DNA of 64,000 nt from Octopus sinensis (taxonomy: Eukaryota): contig NC_043003.1 in the NCBI RefSeq assembly GCF_006345805.1, positions 16,120,001 to 16,184,000 on the forward strand, given 5' to 3'. The notes under the pieces were generated by a model. The model was not told where the DNA came from. It made no database searches and saw nothing but the letters and a program-made list of their open reading frames with translations. Of the stretch, positions 1-12,876 are shown one piece after another. A program made the position numbers and the translations under genes. The first letter of the stretch is position 1; each line of letters starts with the position of its first letter.

Positions 1-257
1 AATTTCGGACCTTGTGCTTAGAGCATTCTTTATTTAAGGCGGCAAGCTGACATAATCGGGCTTTGTGTCTAGAGTAGAAAAGAATAGACAGGTTTTCTTG
101 TTCGGGTTGGTGATGGAGGAGGGATTTTAGTTCTTAATGCTTAACCTTATCGATGGAAGTGTATTTATAGTCCAAAAAGTAATTTGGAGAGATTATATTT
201 GTGTGTGTGTGTCCGTGTTTGTGTGTGCATAGGTGTGTCCGTGTGTGTGTGTACACA

Positions 258-429
258 TAGGGACAAGTGTGGCTGTGTGGTAATTAGTTCGTTTCCCAGC
301 CACATGGTTCCTGGTTCAGTCCCACAGCGTGGCACCTTGAGCAAGTGTTTTTAACTTGTGAGTAGATTTGCTAAACTGAAAGTTACAGAAGCCCATTATA
401 CGTATGTGTGTGTGTGTGAGTGTGTATGT

Positions 430-503
<74 letters not shown>

Positions 504-570
504 CTGTATGTATTTGTTCTCACCACCATTTGACACCCCATAATCTAGTGGTTCGGCAAAAGAATATATA
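258..570 (+). mobile_element. Degenerate tRNA-derived SINE, family A (head - microsatellite - tail)
   Basis: Head tggctgtgtggt...ggttcagtccc...ttgagcaagtg, then (GT)n, then tail remnant agtggttcggcaaaaga, as in the better copies at 23976 and 57044. Confidence 0.75.
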
Positions 571-980
571 AAGATTGACAAACAGACAGACAGACAGACT
601 GACAGATGATGCACAATACAGCATGCATCAGAAGACTGGAAATAAATAGATATATATTAATACTTCTTTGTGGGTGAAATAAGAATATGGAAATATTATT
701 TCTCTGCTACAGATGTACGGAAAAAAAGTTGCTAAATCTTACTTCAAGGTTTTACGTTTTGTTGGCCACAACTGAAATATAATTACCGTTATGAGGCTGT
801 TTTGACATAAATGTCGTTACTGGGCCGTTTGTTATGGCTGACGTTGCTAATGCTTTATCCCCAACCTACATCAGCTCTGATCGAAAAGACCTGTAATGAA
901 AGCCAATCCGTTATGACCATCCCTGCATTTTTCTAATACAATTTAGAATTACATTAATCAGTGTATCCTTCACTTTATTA

Positions 981-1528
981 TTGGGTTGTCCGGAAAGTTC
1001 GTGCCGATTTATAGTAGCTTACATTTCGACTTATTTTAGAACATGGTTGAGTCCATAAAATAGGATTTGACTACACCTCCATTTAGAGCACAGTTTAAGC
1101 TATCTTTTCGTGGAAGAAGGTTTATGTTCCTGTAACCTGTGTTAATTCTGTCACCCTTTAAAACGGAAGATAAGAAAGTTAATTTTCGGCACTTGATGCT
1201 TTTCATTTTCCGTGAAGGGAAAAATACCTCACAAGAAACGAAAGAAATATGCGCAGTTTACGGTGATGTTTCTTTATCCGAAAGAACTGTACGGAAGTGG
1301 TTCGCAAGGTTCCGAGCTATAGATTGTAGCCTTATTGATAAAGAGCGATCAAGCAGGCCATCCGCTACAGATGGTGACCAAATCAAGTCATTAATTGAGT
1401 ATAACCCTCATTGCACAACCCGAGAATTGGCAGAAACCCACAACCTATCAATATCCGTCGTTCATGAGCACCTGGTAAAGCTTGGGTAATGGCAAGTATT
1501 TATGGCACGAACTTTCCGGACAACCCAA
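981..1528 (+). mobile_element. Internally deleted mariner (non-autonomous) with TIRs
   Basis: TA|ttgggttgtccggaaagttcgtgcc at 981 and its reverse complement ending at 1528|TA; encloses a mariner N-terminal HTH ORF. Confidence 0.9.
1139..1489 (+). pseudogene. Mariner transposase N-terminal (HTH) remnant
   Basis: FRHLMLFIFREGKN...CAVYGD...SERTVRKWFARFR...RSSRP...TTRELAE matches the Mos1-type N-terminus; no DDD domain; the probable start is ACG. Confidence 0.85.
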
Positions 1529-1668
1529 TATAATTTGACAGAAAATACGCCCTGAGTTCAAATTCCGTTGTGGTTGATTTTACTTTTCACTTTTTCGGGG
1601 TCGATGTAATCGACTTACCCCTCCCCCGAATTTGGTGGCCTTGTGCCAAAATATTCCCAAGCTAGTAT

Positions 1669-1744
1669 AGCTTGGGTAGTGGCAAGTATTTATTGACCTT
1701 TTTCTTTCCTTTAAAAATCGGCACGAACTTTCCGGACAACCCAA
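1669..1744 (+). mobile_element. Second right end of the same mariner
   Basis: Repeats agcttgggta(a/g)tggcaagtatttat (1479-1503) and ends in a full 30-bp TIR (1715-1744) followed by TA. Confidence 0.85.
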
Positions 1745-2072
1745 TAGAAAGTGGTCTGTGATATGAAGAAGATTAAGCTGCGGCTTTTAGCAGGTCAAAT
1801 AGTTCTCTACAGGCGTACAGTTATGTTACATGGAGCGTAAGACTTCCCATTTCTTTAAGGAGGCGAACTGCTTCTGGACAACAGCTCTCGGCGGCGAGAC
1901 GAGTGTTACATTCGGAATGTTAATGTGTCTCTAAGTAGCTAAATTTATAAAAGTAGAGTAAGTTCCCAATTGCATGTACTGAAGTAGTTTTAAAATATTC
2001 GGAATTGCTCATTTGTACATGTATAGACACATATGCATACACACGCATGCAGTCACTCACATGCATATATGA

Positions 2073-2125
<53 letters not shown>

Positions 2126-2268
2126 AATGTATATATATATAAATATATATATATAATCATATATATATATATAAATATATATATATATAAAAAAAAATAT
2201 ATATAAATATATATATATATAATCATATATATATAAACATATATATATATAAACACACGCATATATAT

Positions 2269-2299
<31 letters not shown>

Positions 2300-2357
2300 A
2301 ATATATGCATACATGTGTGTATGAGTATATAGATACGTATATACATGCATATAAAAG

Positions 2358-2388
<31 letters not shown>

Positions 2389-2959
2389 ACACGTTCATGA
2401 CAGCGACAAATAAATATAAATTATTAACAAAAATTCCTCTCGACACGACAGAAAGTTTCTGTTTTATCCGTTGACATCAGATTTCTTCATGGTTTATTTA
2501 TAATCCATTTTTGCATTGCTAATCAATAACAACAACAGCAAAAACAACAACAACAGCAACAACAGCAACAACAACATCAACAACAAAAACAGTAACAATC
2601 TCAACTACAGAAACATGTTTAAAAATCCATAATTTTGTCTTCATTAAAATTTTCTCGCTGAGACATTAACCTACTTAGATTTCTGAATCTTAAACTACAT
2701 TTAGTCCTCAAAAATCGATTTTCATGTCAATTATTTGACGGAAATCTGACCTGATTAGCTTCATTCTAAAATTAATTCGATCTATCCTAAGATATTTCAG
2801 ATTCTTTAATTATGTAGATCAGCATTTTTAACTCTTTGCCTGTCTGCTGTGTCGCATGTAATACACAGGACATATTTCTCTGGCGTTCATGCCACTTTTC
2901 GAGAAGCGACGGCATGAGACATGGTTTATCGTCAGACGAAGAGTCTCACTAAAAAACAA

Positions 2960-3348
2960 TCTCTATGTATATAAAGCTGAAGTTGTCTGTGTATAGCAGG
3001 TTTGGCAGCCTTCGACTAACACTATCTCCTCCGAGACCCTGCGGCGCAGGTTGACCAAAATTGAGAATATGATAGAAGAATGCTTGCTCTTCCTTCCGTA
3101 GAAGACAAAATTCAAATCGGACCATGTCACGACCAAAAATTATTTACGTCAAAAAGGTGCTTTTTTCTATGAAAATCCCTATTTTTTACGATTTTTTGAC
3201 TGCTGTGTCGCTATTTTTCGGTGTATTTTAACCGGAAAAATGTTCACTTAAGAGAATAATAAGCTACATAATGCAAAATTTTACTCTTCAAAAATTCCAA
3301 TTCTAAAGGATCGAAACAAACCCGAGCAACGCCGGGCGATACTGTTAG
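2960..3348 (+). mobile_element. Non-autonomous Helitron
   Basis: Starts A|TC(tctatgtatataaagctg); subterminal hairpin cccgagcaacgccggg (3321-3336); ends TTAG|T (CTAG variant); sits between A and T. Confidence 0.75.
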
Positions 3349-3432
3349 TTTTAGATAATTCTTCGTTCGACGCACCATTCAGAGGTACCCATGGCTGAGA
3401 TAGACAGTTTGCCCATGACTGTGATACACATT

Positions 3433-3763
3433 TAAATAAGGCTGGAGAAGAAATGCCTGTCGCAAAGTGTGTTTCATAAAAGATGGAAGTCTATAGCAAG
3501 TATGCTGCGAGTGAAAGAACCTGTTTAAACGAGAATATAAAAAAGGAGAAAGCAAAGTCTTCCGTGTGAGTATGTGGTTTGTGGGGTCGACTGCGTCCTC
3601 CACTTCATTTTTGGTAAATCACTCATTCTCATTTAATTGCATATATTTTAATTGATTGTTTATTCATACGTTTCATCTCATTCGATACCCTGACCCCAAT
3701 ATTTGTTTTGTCTGTCCTCGTATCGTCCCTTCTTTTTCTCAACCTCATGGTTAATAAAGAAAT
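3433..3763 (+). mobile_element. 5'-truncated LINE 3' end (Tx1/L1-like, tentative) with 17-bp TSD
   Basis: tgactgtgatacacatt at 3416-3432 and 3764-3780; frame IRLEKKCLSQSVFHKRWKSIASMLRVKEPV*; ends ttaataaagaaat. The clade call is from memory. Confidence 0.55.
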
Positions 3764-3865
3764 TGACTGTGATACACATTACCATTTTTTAAACCACCCG
3801 GGTAACTTGGGACTAATGAAAGTAACGATTTATATTACTTAGAATGTATGAAATATGAGCAAACA

Positions 3866-4470
3866 TAGGCGCAGGGCTGGCTGTGTGGTAAGTAGCTTGC
3901 TTACCAACCACATAGTTCCGGGTTCAGTCCCACTGCGTGGCACTTTAGGTAAATGTCTTCTACTATAGCCTTGGGCCAACCAAAGCCTTGTGAGTGGATT
4001 TGGTAGACGGAAAATGAAACAAGCCCGTCGTATATACAGTTGTGGCCAAAATGTTCAGAACGGCATTGTTTTCGTCAGAAAAGTAAGTATAAGTTTTTAT
4101 CAAAGTAGTTTTATATTCTATAATTCACACAGACAATACATACAATATTAATTGTTATTGTCTGAGATTTTGGTGTAATTTGAGAGGATAATACAAAAGT
4201 TATGGATGATTTAGTGATTTACTGCAAAACCCATGGCGGCCAAAATGATACAATATGTTTGTGTATCGGTATTTGTCCTCCCAACATCGCTTGACAACCG
4301 ATGTTGGTGTGTTTACGTCACCGTAACTTAGCGGTTCGGCAAAAGAGATCGATAGAATAAGTACTAGGCTTACAAAGAATAAGTCCTGGGGTCGTTTTGA
4401 TCGACTAAAGGCGGTGCTCCAGCATGGTCACAGTCAAATGACTGAAACAAATAAGAGAGTAAAAGAGTAA
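3866..4470 (+). mobile_element. SINE family A interrupted in its central (TA)n
   Basis: Head 3866-4036 and tail 4256-4470 ending gtaaaagagtaa; about 220 bp of foreign sequence between them. Confidence 0.85.
4037..4255 (+). mobile_element. Tc1-like left-end fragment inserted at TA
   Basis: TA|cagttgtggccaaaatg resembles Tc1 TIR starts; no matching right TIR downstream. Confidence 0.45.
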
Positions 4471-4582
4471 ATTAAAAGTCTGAAAACAAGCATGGACGTT
4501 TACGATAAACTTATAAAATATGCTTTGGGCGGGCAAAGGGTTAAGAGTAGAATATGAATATGTGTATGTGTGCATATGTGTA

Positions 4583-4615
<33 letters not shown>

Positions 4616-4895
4616 ATGAACTAGCGTTAGTCATGTGATTGTGAGCTAACAAAACAACAGTGCAATATTTCGTCATTACCGTTAGTAAAAGACATCTCTT
4701 CCATAACAATGCAATTCTGTCAGAAATACAAGGTTGATTTTTGTAGAGAGAAATATAAAGGATATTGAACACTTAATGTATTATTGATTCCAGTATATAG
4801 ATCTTTGTTATCCGAAAGGTTGATGCTTCGTAATTTAATTCAATGTCTTCTGCGCAGTACCTGTTGCTAATAAGACTTGATACGCAACGACGGTC

Positions 4896-5320
4896 TCCAG
4901 TCCACGAAGCTGTAAGTATGTATCAAGAACTAATTAAAGCATTTACACTGTAAACAGTGAAAGAACTGTAAAAATTAATTGTTCCTGGATTCCCAAGGGT
5001 CTGCCTTGTCCCATTCTGGCCACGCTTAATTTCCCTGGGAACTATATTAAGGGTATCCAGTCCACGAAGCTGTAAATATGTATCAAGAACTAATTAGAGA
5101 GTTTACCCAGTAAACAGTGAAAGAACAGCAAAAATTAATTGTTCCTGTATTTCCAAGGGTCAGCCTTGTCACATTCTGTGTCACGCTGAATCTCCCTCAG
5201 AACTATATTAAGGGCACACATGTCTGTGGAGTGCTCAGCCACTTGCACGTTAATTTCACAAGCAGGATGTTCGGTTGATCGGATCAACTGAAACACTTGT
5301 TGTAATCGAAGGTGTGTCAG
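4896..5320 (+). repeat. 160-bp tandem duplication running into a SINE tail (tail X)
   Basis: tccagtccacgaagctgtaa at 4896 and 5056; the continuation ctgtggagtgctcagccacttgcacg is shared with 24870-25040 and 33820-33921. Confidence 0.8.
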
Positions 5321-5599
5321 TTAGTTATACGTTCTGAGTTCATATGCTACCAAAGTCCAGCTTGGTTTTTCATCCTTTCGGGAATGATGAAAAAAAAACA
5401 AATCCAGTTAAGCATTAGGGGGTGATGTAATTGACTAACCGCCTACCCCCAAATCCCAGGCTCTTCTTCGTATTTGCTTTTCAGTCTAATAACTGAAACA
5501 AGTAAGCTATAAAAAGATGAAAGATATGGAGGACACATTGAAACATGTCGTCCTCGATATAGGAAATGTTGGATCAGCCACGGTTGGAACGTCTTTGTT

Positions 5600-5840
5600 G
5601 GCTAGTCTAAACGTCTCTAGATAATGGTTTCAAATTTCGGCACAAATCCAGCAAATCTATAGGGAGGAGGATTGTCGAGTATATTCATCCTATTGCTCAC
5701 CTGGTGCTTGCTTTGTCGACCCTGGAGGGTTGAAAAGCAAAGTTGACTGCGGAAGAATTTGAACTCGGAACTTAGAGTGCCGGACGAAATGCTGCCTAGT
5801 ATTTTGGTCGATGCGCTAACGATTCTGTCATATTACGGCC
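5600..5840 (-). mobile_element. Degenerate SINE family B variant
   Basis: Reverse complement of gagttcaaattc...gtcaactttgcttttcaaccc...gggtcgac core. Confidence 0.6.
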
Positions 5841-6450
5841 TGTAACTGGCTCTATATAACAAAAGCTGTCGTTCAACCACGATCTTACTGGAAATGTTAA
5901 TTGTAAATTTAATCAGTATAAAATGTACATGAACTTTGACCTTAAAATACTTATAAGACAAACAACCAAACTGGAGCCATTATATGATTATTATTACATA
6001 CCTAACGTAACATTTCATCGCTTATACGAAATTAGAAAACCAATGAGAAATGTAAAAGTTAACGAGTAATTACACCACTTATAGGTCAAGCAATAATTTG
6101 AATTGAAACTTTTATTCTAAAGATAATTGATTGCACAAGATGTTGGATACAATTCTAGAAAATGACGAACTATTTGAGCAGAAGAAATAATTATTTCCTT
6201 GTCCGATACATGAATCTTAAGAAGGAAGATTGAGTGCTCCGTGCTGATGGAAAATAGGAAATTTAAGCAGTAATACTTTTTCTCAAAATAATTAGCGTTT
6301 TAGATCGTGTTAGATTGCCTGTATTATTAATCGAAACTATGTCTTCACTTTCATTTAACATTAACCACTTCACGTGTCGGGTGAGAAACATAAATAACTC
6401 TTTTGATTAACACTTTAATTACCACGGGAGTCACGGTTGACTCATCGCTC

Positions 6451-7130
6451 TTAAGGCGGCGAGCTGGCAGAAACGTTAGCACGCCGGGCGAAATGCTTAG
6501 CAGTATTTCGTCTGCCGCTACGTTGTGAGTTCAAATTCCGCCGAGGTTGACTTTGCCTTTCATCCTTTGGGGGTCGATAAATTAAGTACCAGTTACGAAC
6601 TGGGGTCGATGTAATCGACTTAATACCTATGTCTGTCCTTGTTTGTTGCCTCTGTGTTTAGCCCCTTGTGGGTAATAAAGAAATAGGTTGACTCATCGCT
6701 CTTAAGGCGGCGAGCTGGCAGAAACGTTAGCACGCTGGGCGAAATGCTTAGCGGCATTTCGCGGTATTTCGCCCGTCGCTACGTTCTGAGTTCAAATTCC
6801 GCCGAAGTCGACTTTGCCTTTCATCCTTTCGGGGTCGATAAATTAAGTACCAGTTACGTACTGGGGTCGATGTAATCGACTTAATCCGTTTATCTGTCCT
6901 ACTTTGTCCTCTCGGTGTTTAGCCCCTTGTGGGTGGTAAAGAAATAGGTATCTCGTCTGCCGTTACGTTCTGAGTTCAAATTCCGCCGAGGTCGACTTTG
7001 CCTTTCATCCTTTCGGGGTCGATAAATTAAGTATCAGTTACGCACTGGGGTCGATATAATCGACTTAATCAGTCTGTCTGTCCTTGTTTGTTCCCTCTGT
7101 GTTTAGCCCCTTGTGGGCAGTAAAGAAATA
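6451..7130 (+). mobile_element. SINE family B trimer (full, full, headless 184-nt unit)
   Basis: taaggcggcgagctggcag head, gagttcaaattcc B-box, gtcgactttgcctttcatcctttcggggtcgataaa core; 16-bp target ggttgactca(t/c)cgctc at 6435, 6686 and 7131. Confidence 0.92.
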
Positions 7131-7253
7131 GGTTGACTCACCGCTCAATGTTCTTAACATACCCTGGGAGTCACCGGTGATACTCAATAGAGATGGGTTT
7201 TCTTTTAATTAATTGAGCCTCACATTACTGTAGTTCTAACTATTTGAATATTA

Positions 7254-7600
7254 GGAAAAATACTGGAATTCAAGCAAGATGGAACTTACACCCGAATATT
7301 AATAACAGCCTTAAACATATCTTTAAGAACTCATCCCTCCAAGAAACATCTGTATGGAGATCTCCTGCCTGTTTCCACCATTATAAGGGAGAAGTGCTTG
7401 TGTTTTGTGAGACATTGTTGGTGAGCTATACAAGTGCTGACAAGTGGCCCACTGCCATGCTCGAGCAGGTCGTCCGAACAGAACGTATGTAGATCAACTC
7501 ACCAAAGACAAGGGTAGCTGAAGATCTTCCTCAACTAAAGCAGGACCGAGACGGATGGCATATGAGGGTTAAACTTGTCGGAGCAGGCTCGATCAGATAA
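7254..7600 (+). pseudogene. RTE-clade LINE ORF C-terminal remnant
   Basis: DGTYTRILITALNISLRTHPSKKHLYGDLLPVSTIIREKCLCFVRHCW, then after a frameshift AGRPNRTYVDQL...QDRDGW, typical of the RTE C-terminus. Confidence 0.7.
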
Positions 7601-7767
7601 TTATGAGTGAACATAGATAAAAGAAGAGTGCAAATCAGTGTAAGTTCTATCATTGAAGAGATGTCCTCGGTAAAATAACTTTTACACAAAAGATACTCTT
7701 AAGGATTATAGAGTCTGAAATATACCCATGCAATAAATCAATATAGCGCTTTCTATCTATCTATCTA

Positions 7768-7810
<43 letters not shown>

Positions 7811-8344
7811 TATATATAATATATATATATATATATCTGTAAGTAGCTGTCCCCAATGAGCCAGCCGCTCCTTTACCAATTACTAAATAAAGTAATAATT
7901 GTTTTAACTCTTTTCATTTGATTTACAATTTGCCTCCCTAAATCGTTTTGTACCATATTTTCTTTCGCATAAACAGTCTAATTTTGTGAACAATTATGCG
8001 GGGTTTTTTCATTTATCTTTTTAAAAATTTTCTAAAAATGTATATATTCTAGTTCCCTATATAAACGAACTCATTGATTTATACTGTGTATCACTCATGA
8101 CTCCTGCAATACAGAACGAATAGCATATTCATTCTGCACCGCGAGATTCATTAGTGAAATACATTAAAAAATGTTAAAATTACCTTTATACCTCCAATTT
8201 GGATTTTTGCTTCATATATTTATGATCTTTCCCTGAAGATTATATTTCAGGTTTTTCTTATCCTTAATGGCTTCTTTTTCACAAAAATATTTTATGAAGG
8301 ACAGTGCATCCAATGATGGAGATAACAGTGACTTGCACCCTTCT

Positions 8345-8978
8345 TCTTTCTTTATGGCCCACAATGGGCTAAACATAGAGGGGACAAACAAGGACAGACA
8401 AAGGGATTAAGTCGATTATATCGACCCCAGTGCGTAACTGGTACTTATTTAATCGACCCCGAAAGGATGAAAGGCAAAGTTGACCTCGGCGGAATTTGAA
8501 CTCAGAACGTAACGGCAGATGAAATACGGCTAAGAATTTCGCCCGGCGTGCTAACCTTTCATATTTCTTTATTGCCCACAAGGGGCTAAACATAGAGGGG
8601 ACAGCCAAGGACAGACAAACGGATTAAGTCGATTACATCGACCCCAGTGCGTAACTGGTACTTAATTTATCGACCCCGAAAGGATGAAAGGCAAAGTCGA
8701 CCTCGGCGGAATTTGAACTCAGAACATAAAGACAGACGAAATACCTATTTCTTTATTACCCACAAGGGGCTAAACACAGAGGGTCAAACAAGGACAGACA
8801 AACGGATTAAGTCGATTACATCGACCCCAGTGCGTAACTGGTACTTATTTAATCGACCCCGAAAGGATGAAAGGCAAAGTCGACCTCGGCGGAATTTGAA
8901 CTCAGAACGTAAAGACAGACGAAATACCGCAACGCATTTCGCCCGCCGTGCTAACGTTTCTGCCAGCTCGCCGCCTTC
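8345..8978 (-). mobile_element. SINE family B trimer with one flanking 16-bp TSD
   Basis: tgacttgcacccttct at 8329-8344 and 8979-8994; three units (8978-8746, 8745-8562, 8561-8345). Confidence 0.92.
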
Positions 8979-9529
8979 TGACTTGCACCCTTCTGATATC
9001 TGTGTTCTCTGCAAATCCTAAAATTCGAATATTATTTGAATCGCAGTAATTTGAGACTCCATATTAAAAAAAAAAAATCATCTCTATCAGGAGTCACCAG
9101 TGACTACCACGGCATATCAAGGTATGGCGGGGGTGGGGTGGGGAGACACTAGTGATTCCTATAACTGGCAAAGAGTTAACTCTTTTGTAATTTATTTCAT
9201 ACAGAATACTGTGATTATCTGGTATCATTCATTTCTTTTGATTATTTTGGTGGTTTCTGGTGATTTATTTTCTCACAAAACATTCCCTTGTCAATATGTG
9301 AAGCAAAAATAAGCTTTATTATTTTTATTTTATTAAGTATATTTCCTCTTCACATTATTCGGTTACTTTTTGCCTGAGGAGAGTCTTATACTACTTGAAT
9401 CTCGTTCGATTTCCCTCGATGCAACCGAATAGATTTGCCAATTTAGATTGTTGATATTTAGGCTTGTTTCTGCCTTGAAGATATTTTTTTAAAGTGCCTT
9501 ATTACTCTGAAGTAACAAGGTTACTCTAT

Positions 9530-9705
9530 GGTTACCAAGCTCGCTTTGCAACCATGTGATTTCGGGTTCAGACTCACTGTGCGGCACCTTTGGTTTGACA
9601 ACTGCATTTTACTATAACCTCATGGCCGACCAATGGATTTTAAGTGAAAATCATAGACGGAAATTCCGTGGAAGACCATCGTATATAATGTGCGTGTGTG
9701 TGTGA

Positions 9706-9742
<37 letters not shown>

Positions 9743-9925
9743 TATGTTTCTGTCCCCAACCTGCGCTTGACAACCGATGCTATTGTTTTACGTTCCCATA
9801 AATTAGCGGTTTGGCAAAAGTGATCGATAGAATAAGCACCAGATTTGAAAATATGTACTGGGGTCGATTTGTTCAACTAAACCCTTAAAGGCGGTACAAT
9901 GACTGAAACAAATAAAAGATAAAAG
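9530..9925 (+). mobile_element. Degenerate SINE family A
   Basis: Diverged head, (GA)n, then gcttgacaaccgatgc...ggcaaaag...atgactgaaacaaataaaag tail. Confidence 0.7.
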
Positions 9926-10199
9926 GTTAACTGCTCCTTTAGCTTGGTTGTATGTTTGAGCTGATGGCCTGTAGCTTGAACAGGGATACTAACTTTGATC
10001 CATGTTTATTGAGCGTACCGTGTTATTCGGGATCACTGAAGAAAAAATCAGTGACAAAACGAGGGTGGATGTTCAAGATTAGTTGTTGGATAATGTAGTG
10101 TAGAAGGCCTGTCTTAAGTTTGGCTTTGGCGGGAACATGTGCTCACCTGGTATTTGTAGCAGCCTTGGGGATTTTAGTTGCTTACAGTAGACGTTGTTT

Positions 10200-10470
10200 T
10201 GTTTGTTGTTGTTTGTTCCTTCTCGAGCCACGCCTGGCTCATAAGAGCCGGTTTCCCGGTTTCCTTGGCGTATAGGTTTCCCACCTGGACGGGACGCCGA
10301 TCTGTCGCAGGTGAGCTGCAAGATGCAGGAGAAAAGAGTGAAAGTTTTGGCGAAAGAGTCAGCAGAAGTTCGCCATTACCTTCTGCCGGAGTCGCGTGGA
10401 GCTTAGGTGTTTCGCTCGTAAACACACACATCGCCCGGTCTGATATTCGAACCCGCGATTCCTCGACCGC
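10200..10470 (-). mobile_element. tRNA-derived SINE, head C plus tail Y
   Basis: Minus strand cgcggtcgaggaatcgcgggttcgaa...agctccacgcgactccggcag (as at 14989) joined to ggcgtcccgtccagg...gaaaccgggaaacc (as at 62720). Confidence 0.7.
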
Positions 10471-10471
10471 G

Positions 10472-10820
10472 AGACAAACAAGGACAGACAAACGGATTAA
10501 ATCGATTATATCGACCCCAGTGCGTAACTGGTACTTAATTTATCGACCCCGAGAGGATGAAAGGCAAAGTCGACCTCGGCGGAATTTTTAACTCAGAACG
10601 TAACGGCAGACGAAACACAGAGAGGACAAACAAGGACAGACAAACGGATTAAGTCGATAACATCGACCCCAGTTCGTAACTGGTACTTAATTTATTGACC
10701 CTGAAAGGATGAAAGGCAAAGTCAACCTCGGCGGAATTTGAACTCAGAACGTAGCGGCAGACGAAATACGGCTACGCATTTCGCCCGGCGTGCTAACGTT
10801 TCTGCCAGCTCGCCGCCTTA
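10472..10820 (-). mobile_element. SINE family B dimer
   Basis: Two cores in tandem; head ends gccgccttaa at 10820; abuts the head of the C-type SINE. Confidence 0.85.
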
Positions 10821-12819
10821 AAGGTAGTATCACCTGCATTGGAATAAGCATTGTTGGGGTGAATGCGAGCAGACGTTGGCGTAGACAAAGAAGTGGTAAA
10901 TCAACTATACGTTAATATAACCTATTATCTTTTAGTGCACCGGTCATTGGGCTGTGGCTGTGTGAAATAGAGAGCTGCAGAGAATTAAGTTGATTAAGTG
11001 TCAGATTATCAACGTAACAAGTGGTTCCTATTCTATGATACGCAATACGCATTGTCGAGGACAAAGTACTTAACTCACCCTGGCTCTGTGCTTCCTCAGA
11101 TTGGTGTAGGTGACCACATTATAATTCACAAGTGTTTACTTGTCCTGTAGTGCTGGGTTCAAGGGGTGTTTACTCTGATGTACTATTTATGCCTTTACAT
11201 TATCTCTATGTCAAACAAGAATCGATAAGAATAAATACAGGATAACAAAAACACAATAGATTTATAATTATTATTACTAGACGTTCTGTGAATGTAAACT
11301 ACTGTGATTGATTAAAGAACCATAAATGGTTTTTATTTATGATTGCATTTATTTTGTTTTATTATTTTTGCTTTTAGACGTAGAAAAGTACTGAAACGTA
11401 ATCCATCACGACTATTCTTGATATCGTTCATTTCGTTACTCTCCGAACATAAACAAAATTTATGTAAAATATTTTTATTTAGAAACTTAAGCAAGCGAAT
11501 ATACTTATACGTACATAAATAATAAGCATATATTTCTGCAAGACTGCGTTTCATCTTTTGATACGCTGCCGTATTGTTTTGTTTGGTTTTTTTTATATTC
11601 TCTGTAATGCCGAGGCTTAAGCAAGAGTTACACGATTTAAAAAGACAAAAACAATTTCTACACAAAATGTTTTGTGGAGAAGATTTATATATATATATTA
11701 AAAGAAAAATAATAATTTCCCTGGAGCAAAAACATTACTAACCCCAAGCTTAATCTTAACTATTAGTCCAATCATATATCCAATCTGAATTATAACTGTA
11801 ACCAGATATTTTGAAAGAAAATGGCGTGTAGTTTTGAACAAAAATATTTACCATATTTTGGTTTTGTATTTGGTCTGCAAGATTCTTGATATGAACTCGT
11901 GTGTTGAAGCAGTTCTTTTTTGTATATCTGGAATGCCATCATGTAAATAATACACGCACATGTTCAGTTTCACTTCTTTTTAATTTGTCAGCTAACCAAT
12001 CGATTGTTTGTTTAATTATTCGCTTAATCAATTAAACTGTTGTATTTTCCAAAGTCCTTTAGTCGCCATTTATGACCCCTTCAATGGCATACTCCCTATA
12101 TTCGAGGTCAACTTCATATCTGTCTATCTTTTGGCTTTAGGTTCAATACTTATGTAATTTCATGAATGTGAGTCGGAATGTATGTGGGAAGAGGATGAAA
12201 TCAGCCAATTGATTCAAAACGATATGCACAGTTAGCATAAGAGCCAATAAAGGTTACCTGTGGCATGGTTAATTCTACATTAAAACTACATTTATTTTAA
12301 GAGAGCATTGCTTTCTTTTCTTTTTCGCCAGTTGTCAGCGCTATAAACGCGCATGCAAATGCACGCACGCACATAAGCACGCAAACGTACATGCATTAAC
12401 TACTGCCATTCCGAAGTGTGCACACGAAAATATTGTGATGGCCCCCCCCCTTTTCTGTCGTCCCTTTCCTAACCCTACCAAAGAGCTTTTCTTTCTAAGG
12501 CATCGTATGTAGTGTTTAAAGTTTAAATTAGCACATTTAACGTTCGGTAATGATTCGGCTTAAAATATTAACATAAACACTTTTAGCGTGAAATTCTATC
12601 GGTGAATTATGCAACAGCAAGCATTTAGATAATTAAGAACCACGGTCGAGATTTATTGAATAACAAAGAAACAAGTTAAGTAATAAAATGTTCAACATGG
12701 TAATTCGCATATCCGGAAACGCCACTTGATTATGCTCGACTATAAATCCCACATCAATAGATCAATGGATTAATAGAATATCGATCGAGATTAATGTTAT
12801 CGCAAATTCAGAGCTTACC

Positions 12820-12842
12820 GATAATAATAATAATAATAATAA

Positions 12843-12876
<34 letters not shown>

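Noticed and set aside
762-774. ttggccacaactg, reverse complement of the Tc1-like end at 4037
   Set aside because: Only 13 bp, faces outward relative to 4037, and has no TA
6451-7130. Repeat array resembling CRISPR or satellite
   Set aside because: Units are whole SINEs with no unique spacers, and the context is eukaryotic
8647-10591. Recurrent ORFs MRNWYLIYRPRKDERQSRPRRNLNS
   Set aside because: Antisense reading frames of SINE B; identical because of the repeat
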